Origin: Nitrospiraceae bacterium
Lineage (GTDB): Bacteria; Nitrospirota; Nitrospiria; Nitrospirales; Nitrospiraceae
Assembly: GCA_037446055.1 (NCBI GenBank)
Contig: JBBIJI010000016.1
Coordinates: forward strand, 1-64,000
Direction of reading: 5' to 3'
Length of the DNA stretch: 64,000 nt
How positions within the stretch are numbered: the first letter of the stretch is position 1; each line of letters begins with the position of its first letter. A program made the translations under genes and the position numbers. The notes under the pieces were generated by a model. It made no database searches. It was not told the DNA's origin and was given only the letters and a program-made list of their open reading frames with translations. Of this stretch, positions 20,199 to 30,369 are shown one piece after another.

Positions 20199-20897
20199 AT
20201 GACCACATCTGCCAAGAGAGCCGTCGTGTTGATGAGCGGGGGGCTCGACTCCACCATCACCGCGGCCATTGCCAAGCAGGATGGATATGCGCTTTTCGGG
20301 TTAACGGTCGCCTATGGGCAGCGTCACCTTGTCGAGGTCAAGCGGGCTCGTGCCGTGGCGCGAACCCTCGGCGTCGCCGAGCACCTGGTCGTCGAGCTGA
20401 ATTTGCGGGCTATCGGGGGCTCGGCACTGACCGGCGACCTGGCCGTGCCGAAGGATCGAACACCTCAGCAACGGAGAGAAGACATTCCTGTCACCTACGT
20501 GCCGGCCCGCAATACGATTTTCCTCTCCCTGGCCTTAGCCTACGCGGAAAGCCGCGATGCCGAGCGGATTTATTTCGGCGCGAACGTCTTGGACTATTCC
20601 GGATACCCCGACTGCCGCCCCGAGTTTCTTCAGGCGTTTGAAGCGCTGGCGCGCGCTGGGACGCGGGCCGGAGCAGAGGGACGGAGCATCACGGTGCGTG
20701 CGCCGCTGTTGCAGCTCTCCAAGGTCGAGATCATCCGGATGGGGGTGGCCCTCGGAATCCCATTCCACATGACCCACAGTTGCTACGATCCGGTTGACGG
20801 CGAGACCGCCTGTGGCCGCTGCGACAGTTGTCGGATACGGCTGGAGGCGTTCAGCAAAGCCGGAGTTGTCGACCCGGTTCCCTATGCGGTAAGGTAG
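20199..20897 (+). CDS. queC: 7-cyano-7-deazaguanine synthase
   Basis: PP-loop motif AVVLMSGGLDST. Zinc-binding C-terminal cysteines CGRCDSC. Confidence 0.9.
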   Translation: MTTSAKRAVVLMSGGLDSTITAAIAKQDGYALFGLTVAYGQRHLVEVKRARAVARTLGVAEHLVVELNLRAIGGSALTGDLAVPKDRTPQQRREDIPVTYVPARNTIFLSLALAYAESRDAERIYFGANVLDYSGYPDCRPEFLQAFEALARAGTRAGAEGRSITVRAPLLQLSKVEIIRMGVALGIPFHMTHSCYDPVDGETACGRCDSCRIRLEAFSKAGVVDPVPYAVR

Positions 20898-20904
20898 CCG
20901 GCCG

Positions 20905-21087
20905 ATGAGTGTCTCCCCTGAGGAGTTTTTCATGTATCTGACGATCTCACTGGTGATCCTGGTTCCAGTGGGGGCCCGGATCTACCGCCGCCTGACCCTC
21001 AAGCGAACGACTCGAATGCTCAAGGAACAGTTTGGATCGACGCAGGCGAAGAAGATCGATTCCGGCTCGGCGGGTTCCTCCACATGA
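20905..21087 (+). CDS. small membrane protein (60 aa)
   Basis: One hydrophobic helix. Immediately precedes the cytochrome c gene and overlaps it by 4 nt. Confidence 0.35.
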   Translation: MSVSPEEFFMYLTISLVILVPVGARIYRRLTLKRTTRMLKEQFGSTQAKKIDSGSAGSST

Positions 21088-21509
21088 CGGCACGTGACCG
21101 GCTGCGGGGGAAGGGGCTCGGCTGGAGGAGCTTGCCGTTCTTCGGCATCAGCCTGCTCGTGCTGACTGCGACGGCTTGCGGCTCGGGTGGTGATTCAAGT
21201 CCCTCGAGAGATGCGACGGGTCATTCCTCGGCCGTGCTGCAGGCAGGAGAGACGAAGTTCAACGCCAACTGCTCGGCCTGCCATGGGATACGCGGGGTCG
21301 GGACCGATCACGGGCCGCCGCTGGTCCATAAGATCTACCTGCCGAATCATCATCCGGACGCCGCCTTTCGCAGCGCGGCGGCGAATGGAGTGCGCGCCCA
21401 TCACTGGAATTTCGGCAACATGCCGAAGATCGAGACTGCGACACCCGACGACGTCGAGGTCATCATCGCCTACATCCGCTGGCTCCAGCAACAAGCCGGC
21501 ATCGAGTAA
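21084..21509 (+). CDS. c-type cytochrome (class I), lipoprotein
   Basis: Heme-binding CSACHG. Lipobox LTATACG. Distal Met candidate in NFGNMP. Confidence 0.75.
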   Translation: MTARDRLRGKGLGWRSLPFFGISLLVLTATACGSGGDSSPSRDATGHSSAVLQAGETKFNANCSACHGIRGVGTDHGPPLVHKIYLPNHHPDAAFRSAAANGVRAHHWNFGNMPKIETATPDDVEVIIAYIRWLQQQAGIE

Positions 21510-21687
21510 GATCTCGCCCGCGTCTCATCGCACTTCCCTGCGCTGCCGCAGCGGCTGCATCCTCGTTTGACTTTCTGGCCTGGTGGTTCGTAAGGTGAAT
21601 CCATAGGGGGTCGGCGCGCGGTCGCTGGACCAGTGATCAATCGAGAGTAGGCGTGGAGGCTTGTTCCATAGAGGAAGGAGGAACGCT

Positions 21688-22530
21688 ATGACCGGCTCAC
21701 TCAGCCGTCTGTTGGGGTGTGTAGGGGTCTGCAGCCTGGTTGTATTCTCGTCCGGCTGCGCATTGATCGCGATCGATGCGGGCCATGAGGGGGTGCTCGT
21801 GGAGAAGCCGTTCTTCTTCGGACATGGGGGGGTCGATCCGGTGCCGGTGAAGACCGGGCGAGTTGCGGTAGCGCTGACGACGCAGGTTATCGATGTTGAT
21901 GTCCGGCCGGTTCAATATTCCGAGCATTTCGACATTATCTCGGCTGAGAACGCGCCGGTGTCGTTCGATGCGTTTCTCATAGCCAATGTAGTAGAGGGCC
22001 GCTCGCCCGAGCTCATCAATCGCTTTGGCCCGAACTGGTACGCGAATAACGTGAAAGAGGCGTTCCGTACGTTCGTCCGCGAAGAGGTCCAAAGGTATCC
22101 GTTGTTCCAATTGACGACGGATCCCACGACGCGCACCAAGTTGCAGGACGCGATCGGACGCGAGGTCCAGACCAAGCTGATCGAAAAGCAAAACATCCCC
22201 ATCCGGCTCAACCGCATCGTGGTCGGCAGCATCCTGCCTCCGAAAGGGGTGCTGGAACAGACTGCACAGACGATTATTCAAGAGCAGCGCAAGATCACGA
22301 TGGTGGAGTTCCAGAAAGCGGAAGAGGCCAGGGAAAAGGCCGAACGACAGCGCGGCATCGCCGACCGGGCTTATCGGGAATCGCTGGGGCTGACCGCACC
22401 GGAATTCGTGGACTTGCGACGGATTGAGGTGCAAAAGGAAATTGTTCAACATTCACCGTCGGCCTTAACCGTCATAATGGGACTGGAACGTTTTGGGATC
22501 AATTTGCCACCGTTGGGCTCAGAGAAGTAA
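21688..22530 (+). CDS. SPFH/band-7 domain lipoprotein
   Basis: Shine-Dalgarno GGAAGGAGG before the ATG at 21688. Lipobox FSSGC. Coiled-coil Glu/Ala/Arg-rich segment typical of SPFH proteins. Confidence 0.65.
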   Translation: MTGSLSRLLGCVGVCSLVVFSSGCALIAIDAGHEGVLVEKPFFFGHGGVDPVPVKTGRVAVALTTQVIDVDVRPVQYSEHFDIISAENAPVSFDAFLIANVVEGRSPELINRFGPNWYANNVKEAFRTFVREEVQRYPLFQLTTDPTTRTKLQDAIGREVQTKLIEKQNIPIRLNRIVVGSILPPKGVLEQTAQTIIQEQRKITMVEFQKAEEAREKAERQRGIADRAYRESLGLTAPEFVDLRRIEVQKEIVQHSPSALTVIMGLERFGINLPPLGSEK

Positions 22531-22594
22531 ACACATTCCTGCCAGGATGCGGGGGCCCGCCGGGCATGCCCGGCGGGCCCTTCGCATAGGATGA

Positions 22595-23335
22595 TTACTT
22601 GACGAGCCAGACGCGGTAGGCTTTCGCGCTGGAAGGTTTGATGATCTTCCGGATGCCGACTTCGCCGGGATTCATCACATCATCGCCGGTGGGTGTTCTG
22701 TGCGCCGGATACCGGTCGGTTCGGATCAAGCTCCCCTGCTCATCGAGAAAATCCACCATCAGGTCGGCACTCTCCCGGAGTGATCCCTGGTAGGCCGTTC
22801 CGATCCAATCCAGACGCTTCAAGGCCCGATAGGTGACAACCAGGTAGCCGGACTCATCCCGGACGTTCACGATCTGAAGGACACGGTTCTGGTCGAGGGC
22901 GGGTGCTTGTTTACCGTTCGACACGGAGAGGAGGTAGCTCCGTGCGGCTCTCTGTACCTCGTCGGTCTGGAGCGCGCCCTTCACCTTGCAATACACAGTC
23001 CGCCCTTTCTCCGCGTGTTCGACGATCTGTAGATCACTGACATAGGAGGAGACCAAAAGCTGAATCAGGTCCCGGTATGCGGCGGAGTCGACGAGGGAGG
23101 CTGTCTCTTCGCGTACGACGGGAGAATTGGCGACTGCAAGACGGAGAGCCTCTTCACAAGCCAGCACTTTGGCATCGGCGAGGAGCATGGGATCGTGGAA
23201 GGTATAGCGATAGTCGCCGGTCACTTCGACACGAGTCGACTGGGCCGCGGCCTGAGTAGATCCTAGAAACAAGACTCCGGAGGTCAGTGTCAAAGCAGCG
23301 ATGGTCACACGGCAGGACGAAAGGAGGCGATTCAT
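22595..23335 (-). CDS. secreted hypothetical protein
   Basis: N-terminal signal peptide ends in AQS. No recognised domain. Confidence 0.5.
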   Translation of the reverse strand: MNRLLSSCRVTIAALTLTSGVLFLGSTQAAAQSTRVEVTGDYRYTFHDPMLLADAKVLACEEALRLAVANSPVVREETASLVDSAAYRDLIQLLVSSYVSDLQIVEHAEKGRTVYCKVKGALQTDEVQRAARSYLLSVSNGKQAPALDQNRVLQIVNVRDESGYLVVTYRALKRLDWIGTAYQGSLRESADLMVDFLDEQGSLIRTDRYPAHRTPTGDDVMNPGEVGIRKIIKPSSAKAYRVWLVK

Positions 23336-23442
23336 AACTAAGCCCTCCTCTATTTTGTGAGCCCTGTGGGGCGCGCAGCGTCGGGAGCAAACACTCCCGC
23401 TTGGATCATCCCGCGATCATGCTACCACGCGGTCCCGATCCA

Positions 23443-24351
23443 TCACAATCTGGCCGGTGGGGCCGTCTCACATGCGTCAACCAAGGCCTGCAGGGTCAAG
23501 GGAGCATTCCCCTCGCAGCGGTTGTTGACCAAGACATACGGCGTGCGGCCTTCGGCGACGGCTTCCGCTAATAGCGATAGGGTGTCTTGTCGCATGCGAA
23601 GCTGAGGTTCCACGATCCGATCGTACGGGCTGTAGCGTTGAACCGCCTGCTCGTACGGGACGCCATGCGGGGTGAGCAGCCGAAAGACCACGAACGAAGC
23701 CGGGAAGCGGTTTCCGAGCTGGGAGAATTGCTCCCGCAAGGGCGGCATCGCCGTCCAGTGGTTCAGCACGTGGGCGACATTGTGCGACTGAAGCAGGTCT
23801 TTGTAGCGGGTCCCGAGGAACGCCGGATTACGAACTTCAACGGCGTATTCCGGTCCGACAGGAAGTCCGCTGAGGAAGCGATCTAAAGCGGTGTAGAACT
23901 CATCCGGAGTCATCCCGGATCGCTGAAACTCGAAGATGAGGGGCCCCGCCTGGCTTCCTAGCCCTTCCAGGAACTGTTCCAAGACAAGGTCTCGAAACGC
24001 CTCGTGGTCCAGGAATCGCGGGTTCACTTTCCCGGCCTTGGCGCCGTAACGCCGAAGGTTGGCATAGGAGGGAATGGTCAACTCTTCCCAGACCTTGGCG
24101 CAAAACCGAAAATCGGACGGAACCTGAACGGCATAGTGGGCCAATTGTTCGGCGGTCGCCGGTCGGTAGAACGTATGGTCGATGCCGACCGTCCTGAACA
24201 AAGGAGCACCGCGGTATTCATAGCGGGCGTATTCCGACAGGCTATCCTTGGAAAACCGATTTGCTTGGTAGGTCTGGCGATAGACCAACCCCTGCCACCC
24301 TTCATAGGCCCAGGAACTGGTGCCAAACCTCACTAAGCGACGATCGATCAT
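23443..24351 (-). CDS. DUF72 (YecE-like) family protein
   Basis: Motif FGTSSWAYEGW near the N-terminus is characteristic of DUF72. Start trimmed to MIDRRLVRFGTSSW. Confidence 0.7.
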   Translation of the reverse strand: MIDRRLVRFGTSSWAYEGWQGLVYRQTYQANRFSKDSLSEYARYEYRGAPLFRTVGIDHTFYRPATAEQLAHYAVQVPSDFRFCAKVWEELTIPSYANLRRYGAKAGKVNPRFLDHEAFRDLVLEQFLEGLGSQAGPLIFEFQRSGMTPDEFYTALDRFLSGLPVGPEYAVEVRNPAFLGTRYKDLLQSHNVAHVLNHWTAMPPLREQFSQLGNRFPASFVVFRLLTPHGVPYEQAVQRYSPYDRIVEPQLRMRQDTLSLLAEAVAEGRTPYVLVNNRCEGNAPLTLQALVDACETAPPARL

Positions 24352-24538
24352 CAGCGCTATCTTGCCGGAATGGAATTCTTCCGACAAGAACCGCTGAGCC
24401 GGTGAATGCTTCTGTGAGTTATTACGCAGGGGAACCTCACCTCGGCCTGCGCGATAGACATTGAGCCTGACTGAATGGGCCGACGAAAAACCTTCAGGTG
24501 CCTTGACTTGGTCCAGGGCTTCACTCAGACTGCGCTCC

Positions 24539-26815
24539 ATGCCTGATATCACCGACCGAACGTTGCTCGATCGCCTTGCGGAAGTGGCAGGGATTGCCCC
24601 CGAGTACTACGATATCGAGGGCAGGCGGCATGAGACGTCGCCTAAGTCGAAGCAAGCGATTCTCACGGCGATGGGCTTCAACATCGAGAGCGATCAGGCC
24701 CTGAATGCGGAATGGGCTCGCTGGGAAGCGCGGATGTGGCAGACCGTCTCGGCCGCCGCCCTGGTCGTACGTACCGACGAGACCGCTCCCTGCTGGATCG
24801 TCACGCTGCCCTGTTCAAGCGGGGAAGAAGGATCTCTGGTCGTCTCGTGGCGGATCAGGCTCGAGTCCGGGGCTGAAATTTTGCTGGGTCAAGCAGGACC
24901 CGGTCTCCCGGTCGTGGAAGCCCATGTGATGGAGGAACGGAGATACGTGCGTTGTCCGGTGCGGCTGCCCACGGGGCTTCCCATCGGGTATCACGAGCTC
25001 TATGCGGAGATCATCACGGCTACCGGCCGCATGGAAGCCGCTACTCGTCTGATCGTCGCACCCCCGACTTGTTACGTGCCCCCGGCGTTGGCCCGTGGCG
25101 GGAGGGTCTGGGGCTTAAGCGTGCCGCTGTACGCCGTTCGTTCAAATCGCAATTGGGGGGCGGGAGACTTCGGAGATCTGCGAATCTTGGTCGAGCGAGC
25201 AGGGGCGACGCTCGGCGCCGACATCATCGGCTTGAACCCGCTCCATGCGCTCAAGAACCGGCGCCCGTACCACATCAGTCCCTACTCGCCCAACAGTCGA
25301 CTCTATTTGAACGAGCTGTACCTCGACGTGGGGCGTCTTGCCGAGGGGGGGGGGTCCACTGAATTGACCGATCTCCTCGTGAACGAGGAATTCTCTTCCT
25401 GGCTCGAGACGCTGCGGAAAGCCGAGCTGGTGGATTATGACGCGGTGGCCGACGCCAAACGCCGTGCTATCGAACGGGCCTTTGAGCTGTTCTTACGTGA
25501 GCACCTACAAGTCGAGGATGGTCGCGTCTCGGCGCGAACTGCGCTCGGCCGGGAATTTCTGAATTTTGTCGAATCGGAAGGGGAACCGCTGCGCCTGTTC
25601 GCGGTGCACGAGGTCTTGGCGGAAGACAGTCAGCGGCGCGTGCCGACGATCTGGTCGTGGCGCGACTGGCCCGAGGTGCATCGATCTCCGAGGTCCGCCG
25701 AAGTGGCGGCGATCGCCCGTCGGCGATGGGCGCGCGTGCTGTTCTTCCAGTACGTCCAGTGGCAACTGGGACGGCAACTGGGTGAAGTCCAGCAGCGTGC
25801 CACGCAGGTCGGCATGGCGATCGGGTTGTACCACGATTTGGCTCTCGGCAGCGATCTCAACGGCGCCGACGGGTGGATCTACCAAGAGGCGCTGGCGTTG
25901 GACGCAGAGTGTGGGGCTCCGCCTGATGCGTTCGCCCCCGAGGGGCAGAATTGGGGCTTTGCTCCGTTCGATCCTCTCCGGTTACGCGGCAGTGGATACC
26001 AACCGTATATCGATCTCCTGCGACATACTTTGCGGCATGGGGGTGCTATAAGAATCGACCACGTAATGGGTCTTTTCCGGCTCTTTTGGATTCCCAAAGG
26101 GCTCTCGGCTTCGGCCGGGACCTACGTCCATTATCCGTCCGAGGACCTGCTGGCGATCCTTGCGCTCGAGAGTCATCGAGCCCGCTGCATGGTGATCGGC
26201 GAAGACTTGGGGACAGTCCCGGACTGGGTACGGGAACAGTTAGCCAGGGTCAACGTGCTTTCATACAAGGTCTTCTACTTCGAGCGGACCTGGGATGGGA
26301 CCTGGAAGCCACCCCAATGGTACCCCCCGATGTCGGTGGCAGTGGTGACGACCCACGATTTGGCGACGCTCAGCGGCTTCTGGCTCGGAGAAGACCTGGC
26401 GGTGCGAGCGAAGCTCGGCCTGCTTCCTGATGCCCAGGCGCGCAACCAGGCGGAGGAAGCCCGCCAACGGGACAAGAAGCTGATCTTGCAGGCGATCGAG
26501 AAGGAGGGATTGCTCCCTGCAGGCCTGAGCCCCGATCCCGCGGCAGTTCCGACGATGACCAGCGAGCTGGCGAAGGCGATTCATGCATACCTGGCGAAGA
26601 CGCCCGCATGGGTTATGCTGGCAAACCTGGACGATCTCCTGGGAGAGGTTCGGCAGATGAACGTGCCGGGCACCGTCACCGAGCATCCGAATTGGTCGCG
26701 GAAGCTGCCGGTTGAGATGGAATCGCTCTGGGATCATCCACAACTGAAGTCGGTTGTGACCATGTTGCGCGACATCCGTCCGCGTCGAGCAGCTCTTGGG
26801 GAAGAGGACGCATGA
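24539..26815 (+). CDS. malQ: 4-alpha-glucanotransferase (amylomaltase, GH77)
   Basis: Motifs IGEDLGTVPDWV, RIDHVMGLFRLFWIP, LGADIIGLNPLHA. Start placed at MPDITDR. Confidence 0.85.
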   Translation: MPDITDRTLLDRLAEVAGIAPEYYDIEGRRHETSPKSKQAILTAMGFNIESDQALNAEWARWEARMWQTVSAAALVVRTDETAPCWIVTLPCSSGEEGSLVVSWRIRLESGAEILLGQAGPGLPVVEAHVMEERRYVRCPVRLPTGLPIGYHELYAEIITATGRMEAATRLIVAPPTCYVPPALARGGRVWGLSVPLYAVRSNRNWGAGDFGDLRILVERAGATLGADIIGLNPLHALKNRRPYHISPYSPNSRLYLNELYLDVGRLAEGGGSTELTDLLVNEEFSSWLETLRKAELVDYDAVADAKRRAIERAFELFLREHLQVEDGRVSARTALGREFLNFVESEGEPLRLFAVHEVLAEDSQRRVPTIWSWRDWPEVHRSPRSAEVAAIARRRWARVLFFQYVQWQLGRQLGEVQQRATQVGMAIGLYHDLALGSDLNGADGWIYQEALALDAECGAPPDAFAPEGQNWGFAPFDPLRLRGSGYQPYIDLLRHTLRHGGAIRIDHVMGLFRLFWIPKGLSASAGTYVHYPSEDLLAILALESHRARCMVIGEDLGTVPDWVREQLARVNVLSYKVFYFERTWDGTWKPPQWYPPMSVAVVTTHDLATLSGFWLGEDLAVRAKLGLLPDAQARNQAEEARQRDKKLILQAIEKEGLLPAGLSPDPAAVPTMTSELAKAIHAYLAKTPAWVMLANLDDLLGEVRQMNVPGTVTEHPNWSRKLPVEMESLWDHPQLKSVVTMLRDIRPRRAALGEEDA

Positions 26816-27969
26816 CCAAGCGGAACCGCATCATTCTCGCCATCGCCGCGAGCCTCTTCCTTGCCATTACCGTTACGGAAGTATTGTTTCCCGTGAACGT
26901 CGTCGGCGCTTACGGCTTGGTGCTGCCGATCCTGCTCGTTGCCACCCTGCGCAATCGAAATTTGATGTATGTGGTGTTGCTGCTGTGCGTCACCGTTACC
27001 TATATGGGATTGTTTCAACCGACGAAGAAAAAAGAGCGATTTACTGCGGCGGTGATCAATCGCACGGTGGTCGTGTGCGTGTTGACGGTGGTGGCCTATA
27101 TCGGCATGGCGTGGGAAGAGCGCAAAGCCAGGGAGGAAGCGGCGCGGGCCGCGTTGGCCTTACAAACGGACAACCTGCTCCGAGCCAATGCCCAATTGGT
27201 GGAAATGAAAGACAGGCTCAATCGCTCCGAACGACTGGCGGCGGTGGGGCAACTCGTGGCATCGGTGGCCCATGAAGTCGGCACGCCGTTGCATTCGATC
27301 GCCTGGCACGTCCGCTCCCTGGCGGAAGAACCAGGCGTGACCCCGGACATGAGGAAGCGAATCGACGTCATCGACGAGCAGATCGCCCGCGTCGTGCGGA
27401 TCATCCAAGACCTGCTGTCGTCGACCCGCCAGCGCAAGCCCGAGCCGCTCTGGTTGCCGCTTGAGAAGCTGGTCCAGCCGGTCGTTGCCCTGATGCGACC
27501 GGCCTACCATGCCAAACAGGTCATGTTATCGGTAGAGGGCGATGATAACGGACTGCGTGTATGGGCCGACGAGGAGAAGATCCACCAGGTGTTGGTGAAC
27601 CTGCTGACGAATGCGCTTTCTGCGACACCGGCAGGGGGGCAGGTTCGGATCGTCACGGCGCTCCGGGCTGCTTCCGCCGATGAATCGGAAACCATCAGGC
27701 AGGCCGGCCATTCGGCCGTGGAGACCATGATCACCCTGACGGTGCGGGACACGGGGTGCGGGATGCCGAAGGAAGACCTCGACCGGGCGTTCGAGCCCTT
27801 CTTCACGACCAAGGCGATCGGCAAAGGAACGGGCCTTGGGCTGTTCCTGAGCCGTGAAACGGTGCAGGCACACGGCGGGACACTGGACATCCAGAGCGAA
27901 GTTGGCAGAGGTACCGAAGTGATCGTGAGCTTGCCGGGCTTAAGGACCGAGTCTCTGGCGGCGATCTAG
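26812..27969 (+). CDS. membrane sensor histidine kinase (partner of the downstream NtrC-type regulator)
   Basis: H-box VAHEVGTPLHSI. ATP-lid motifs DTGCGM and GTGLGL. Hydrophobic N-terminal sensor. ATGA overlap with malQ. Confidence 0.8.
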   Translation: MTKRNRIILAIAASLFLAITVTEVLFPVNVVGAYGLVLPILLVATLRNRNLMYVVLLLCVTVTYMGLFQPTKKKERFTAAVINRTVVVCVLTVVAYIGMAWEERKAREEAARAALALQTDNLLRANAQLVEMKDRLNRSERLAAVGQLVASVAHEVGTPLHSIAWHVRSLAEEPGVTPDMRKRIDVIDEQIARVVRIIQDLLSSTRQRKPEPLWLPLEKLVQPVVALMRPAYHAKQVMLSVEGDDNGLRVWADEEKIHQVLVNLLTNALSATPAGGQVRIVTALRAASADESETIRQAGHSAVETMITLTVRDTGCGMPKEDLDRAFEPFFTTKAIGKGTGLGLFLSRETVQAHGGTLDIQSEVGRGTEVIVSLPGLRTESLAAI

Positions 27970-27974
27970 GAACT

Positions 27975-29405
27975 ATGTCGGGAAGTGCAAAGATTTTTGT
28001 TGTCGACGACGATGCGGTGGCCCGTGAGTTGCTCGCGGAAGCCCTGAAAAAGGAAGGCTACGACGTCGACGCGTTCTCGAACGGCGCGGAGGCGATCGCG
28101 CAGGGACAACGTACGAAGGCGGACGTGGTGCTCACCGACATCCGAATGGGAACGGTTGACGGGTTCGCGGTATTGCGCGAATTCAAGCGCTTCAGTGCGG
28201 ATACGCCGATCGTCTTGCTCACAGCCTTCGGTTCACTTGAAGGCGCCATCGAGGCGATCAAGCACGGGGCCTACGATTACTTGGCCAAGCCGTTCAATAG
28301 AGAAGAAATGAAGCTTGTTGTGCAGCGGGCGCTCGAGCACTGCCGCCTGGTCCGCGAAAATGAGCGCTTTCGGGAAGACTCGCGCAAGCGGGAGGAATGG
28401 TCCCAGCAGGTCCAGCAAGAACTGACGCAACTCGTCGGTCGGAGCCCCGCGATGCTGGAAGTCTACAAGCTCGTGGCGAAGGTCGCCCAGGGACGAAGCA
28501 CCGTTCTGATCGAAGGAGAGAGCGGGACCGGAAAGGAACTCATCGCGAAGGCCATCCACAGCAACAGTCCCCGCCGCGATCAGGCGTTCGTCCCGGTCAA
28601 TTGCGCGGCCCTGCCGGACTCGTTGTTGGAGTCGGAAATGTTCGGCTACGAGAAAGGGGCGTTCACCGGCGCGGTGGGCGCGAAGGCCGGGCTCTTCGAA
28701 GCCGCCAACGGGGGGACGCTCTTTCTCGACGAGATCGGCGATCTCGGGGCGGCCCTGCAGGTCAAGCTGCTCCGCGTCATGCAGGATCAGGAAGTGCGTC
28801 GTGTCGGCGGGACGACGAGCGTCAAGGTGGATGTCCGGATCATCGCAGCGACGAACCGTGATCTCACGGCCCTCGTCAAAGACGGTAAGTTCCGCGACGA
28901 TCTCTACTATCGCTTGAACGTCGTCCGCATTCTGCTTCCCTCACTGGCCGAGCGGCGGGAGGACATTCCAACGTTGGCCGATCACTTCCTCCGGAAGTAT
29001 GCCGGAGGCGCAGGGAATCGGGTGAAGGGATTCTTGCCGGAAACCATGACCCTCCTGACCCGGTATCGCTGGCCGGGAAATGTGCGAGAACTGGAAAACG
29101 CGATCGAGCGCGCCGTGTCCCTCAGCCACGGGCCGCTCCTCGTCCCGGATGATCTTCCGGAAGCGATCAAAAATGCCGAGTCCGACGGCCTCGGCACGGC
29201 GCAGTCGTTGGAACCGGGCGGCGGTGCGTTATTGACCCTCGAAGAAGTCGAGAAACGGCATCTGGTCAAGGTGCTCAAGGAGGCAAAGGGCAACAAGGTG
29301 CGGGCCGCGAAGATTCTTGGGATCGACCGCCGAACACTCTACCGGATGGCTGAACGGTTCGGCATCGCGCTCGGCGAGGATTCAGAAGGGACTGAGCAGA
29401 CCTGA
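27975..29405 (+). CDS. sigma-54-dependent Fis-family response regulator (NtrC-like)
   Basis: Receiver motifs ([14 protein letters not shown]). Walker [16 protein letters not shown] motif. Motif [12 protein letters not shown]-terminal Fis-type HTH. Confidence 0.9.
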   Translation: MSGSAKIFVVDDDAVARELLAEALKKEGYDVDAFSNGAEAIAQGQRTKADVVLTDIRMGTVDGFAVLREFKRFSADTPIVLLTAFGSLEGAIEAIKHGAYDYLAKPFNREEMKLVVQRALEHCRLVRENERFREDSRKREEWSQQVQQELTQLVGRSPAMLEVYKLVAKVAQGRSTVLIEGESGTGKELIAKAIHSNSPRRDQAFVPVNCAALPDSLLESEMFGYEKGAFTGAVGAKAGLFEAANGGTLFLDEIGDLGAALQVKLLRVMQDQEVRRVGGTTSVKVDVRIIAATNRDLTALVKDGKFRDDLYYRLNVVRILLPSLAERREDIPTLADHFLRKYAGGAGNRVKGFLPETMTLLTRYRWPGNVRELENAIERAVSLSHGPLLVPDDLPEAIKNAESDGLGTAQSLEPGGGALLTLEEVEKRHLVKVLKEAKGNKVRAAKILGIDRRTLYRMAERFGIALGEDSEGTEQT

Positions 29406-29416
29406 AATTCTTAGGG

Positions 29417-29452
29417 CAAGTTCTGAGTTTTGAGTGTTGAGTTCTGAGTTGG
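29417..29452. repeat. family-1 low-complexity repeat (GAGTTCTGA/GAGTTTTGA/GTGTTGA units)
   Basis: Read directly: caagttctgagttttgagtgttgagttctgagttgg. Confidence 0.6.
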
Positions 29453-29517
29453 CAGAGAACGAAGGACTGCTCACGACACAGCAACAACCCGCTGGCACCC
29501 GACGAATCCGGCGTTCG

Positions 29518-29967
29518 TTAGAGAAGCCGCAAGGCAAGCTTGATGAGTCGGAGCTGGTTTTCCGCACTGTCCTGAACGGGTGGTTGGCTTCTTTCCCAGA
29601 AAACAAAAATCCCGTCTTTCCCCTCGTGGGTGACCTCCAAGGTCAGGTTCGTGCTGCTGTTCTGAGCCGGAGCAAGCGTCGCTTCAACCTGACTCTTCCC
29701 CGTTCCGAACCGCCAATGCAGCATCCAATTCCACGGACCGCCGGTTTGGCGACGATACCCCGTCGTCAGGCGTCCATTCTCCTGTTCATCGACGTCATAG
29801 CCCTGCTGCGTCAGGACGTCGATCACTGCTGTCTTCACCTGGTCCACGGGAGCCGCTAAGGTCGCTTCAATCCGATCGGATGGTGACGGGGGCATCCCAG
29901 AGCAGGCCGTCACGAGAAAGGCGACCGCCAACAGAGAGAAACTCGTTCTGGAATTCACAGCTATCAC
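29518..29967 (-). CDS. hypothetical lipoprotein
   Basis: Lipobox LVTACSG. No recognised domain. Confidence 0.5.
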   Translation of the reverse strand: MIAVNSRTSFSLLAVAFLVTACSGMPPSPSDRIEATLAAPVDQVKTAVIDVLTQQGYDVDEQENGRLTTGYRRQTGGPWNWMLHWRFGTGKSQVEATLAPAQNSSTNLTLEVTHEGKDGIFVFWERSQPPVQDSAENQLRLIKLALRLL

Positions 29968-30212
29968 TTGCGGAGGCGATAGACGAGGTGCGTGTCGGTC
30001 TGCGCAACCCCTTCGATCGCGTGGATCTTGGTCAGGACCAACTGCGTCAAGGCGTCCTGATCGGGCACTTCAACGATGGCGAAAATATCCGGTTTGCCCC
30101 AGCAAGGATCGATGGTCTTGATTTCTTTGATTTCCGAGAGGGCGCGAACAACGTCCGCCGTCTGTCCCGGCAGGACGTTGATGAGCACATAGGCGCGGTC
30201 TGACATCGTCAT
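29964..30212 (-). CDS. Lrp/AsnC ligand-binding (AsnC_trans_reg-like) small protein, 82 aa
   Basis: The C-terminal 80 aa of the ORF-track ORF form the stand-alone RAM domain pattern (YVLINV...IKTIDPCWGKPDIFAIVEV). Start trimmed to MTMSDRAY. Confidence 0.55.
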   Translation of the reverse strand: MTMSDRAYVLINVLPGQTADVVRALSEIKEIKTIDPCWGKPDIFAIVEVPDQDALTQLVLTKIHAIEGVAQTDTHLVYRLRK

Positions 30213-30369
30213 CGTCTCCAAGAACGATCGGTGCAATTGGAATCCAGCGCTCGATTGTGCGGTTCCAGATCTAACTAACGGATATTTGCGGGCGAAGTCA
30301 ATAATCCGGCCTGGAGAACGGTCTCTCCAAGAGACGCGTGGCTGGCGGACGAGGGGCTCAGCAACGAGG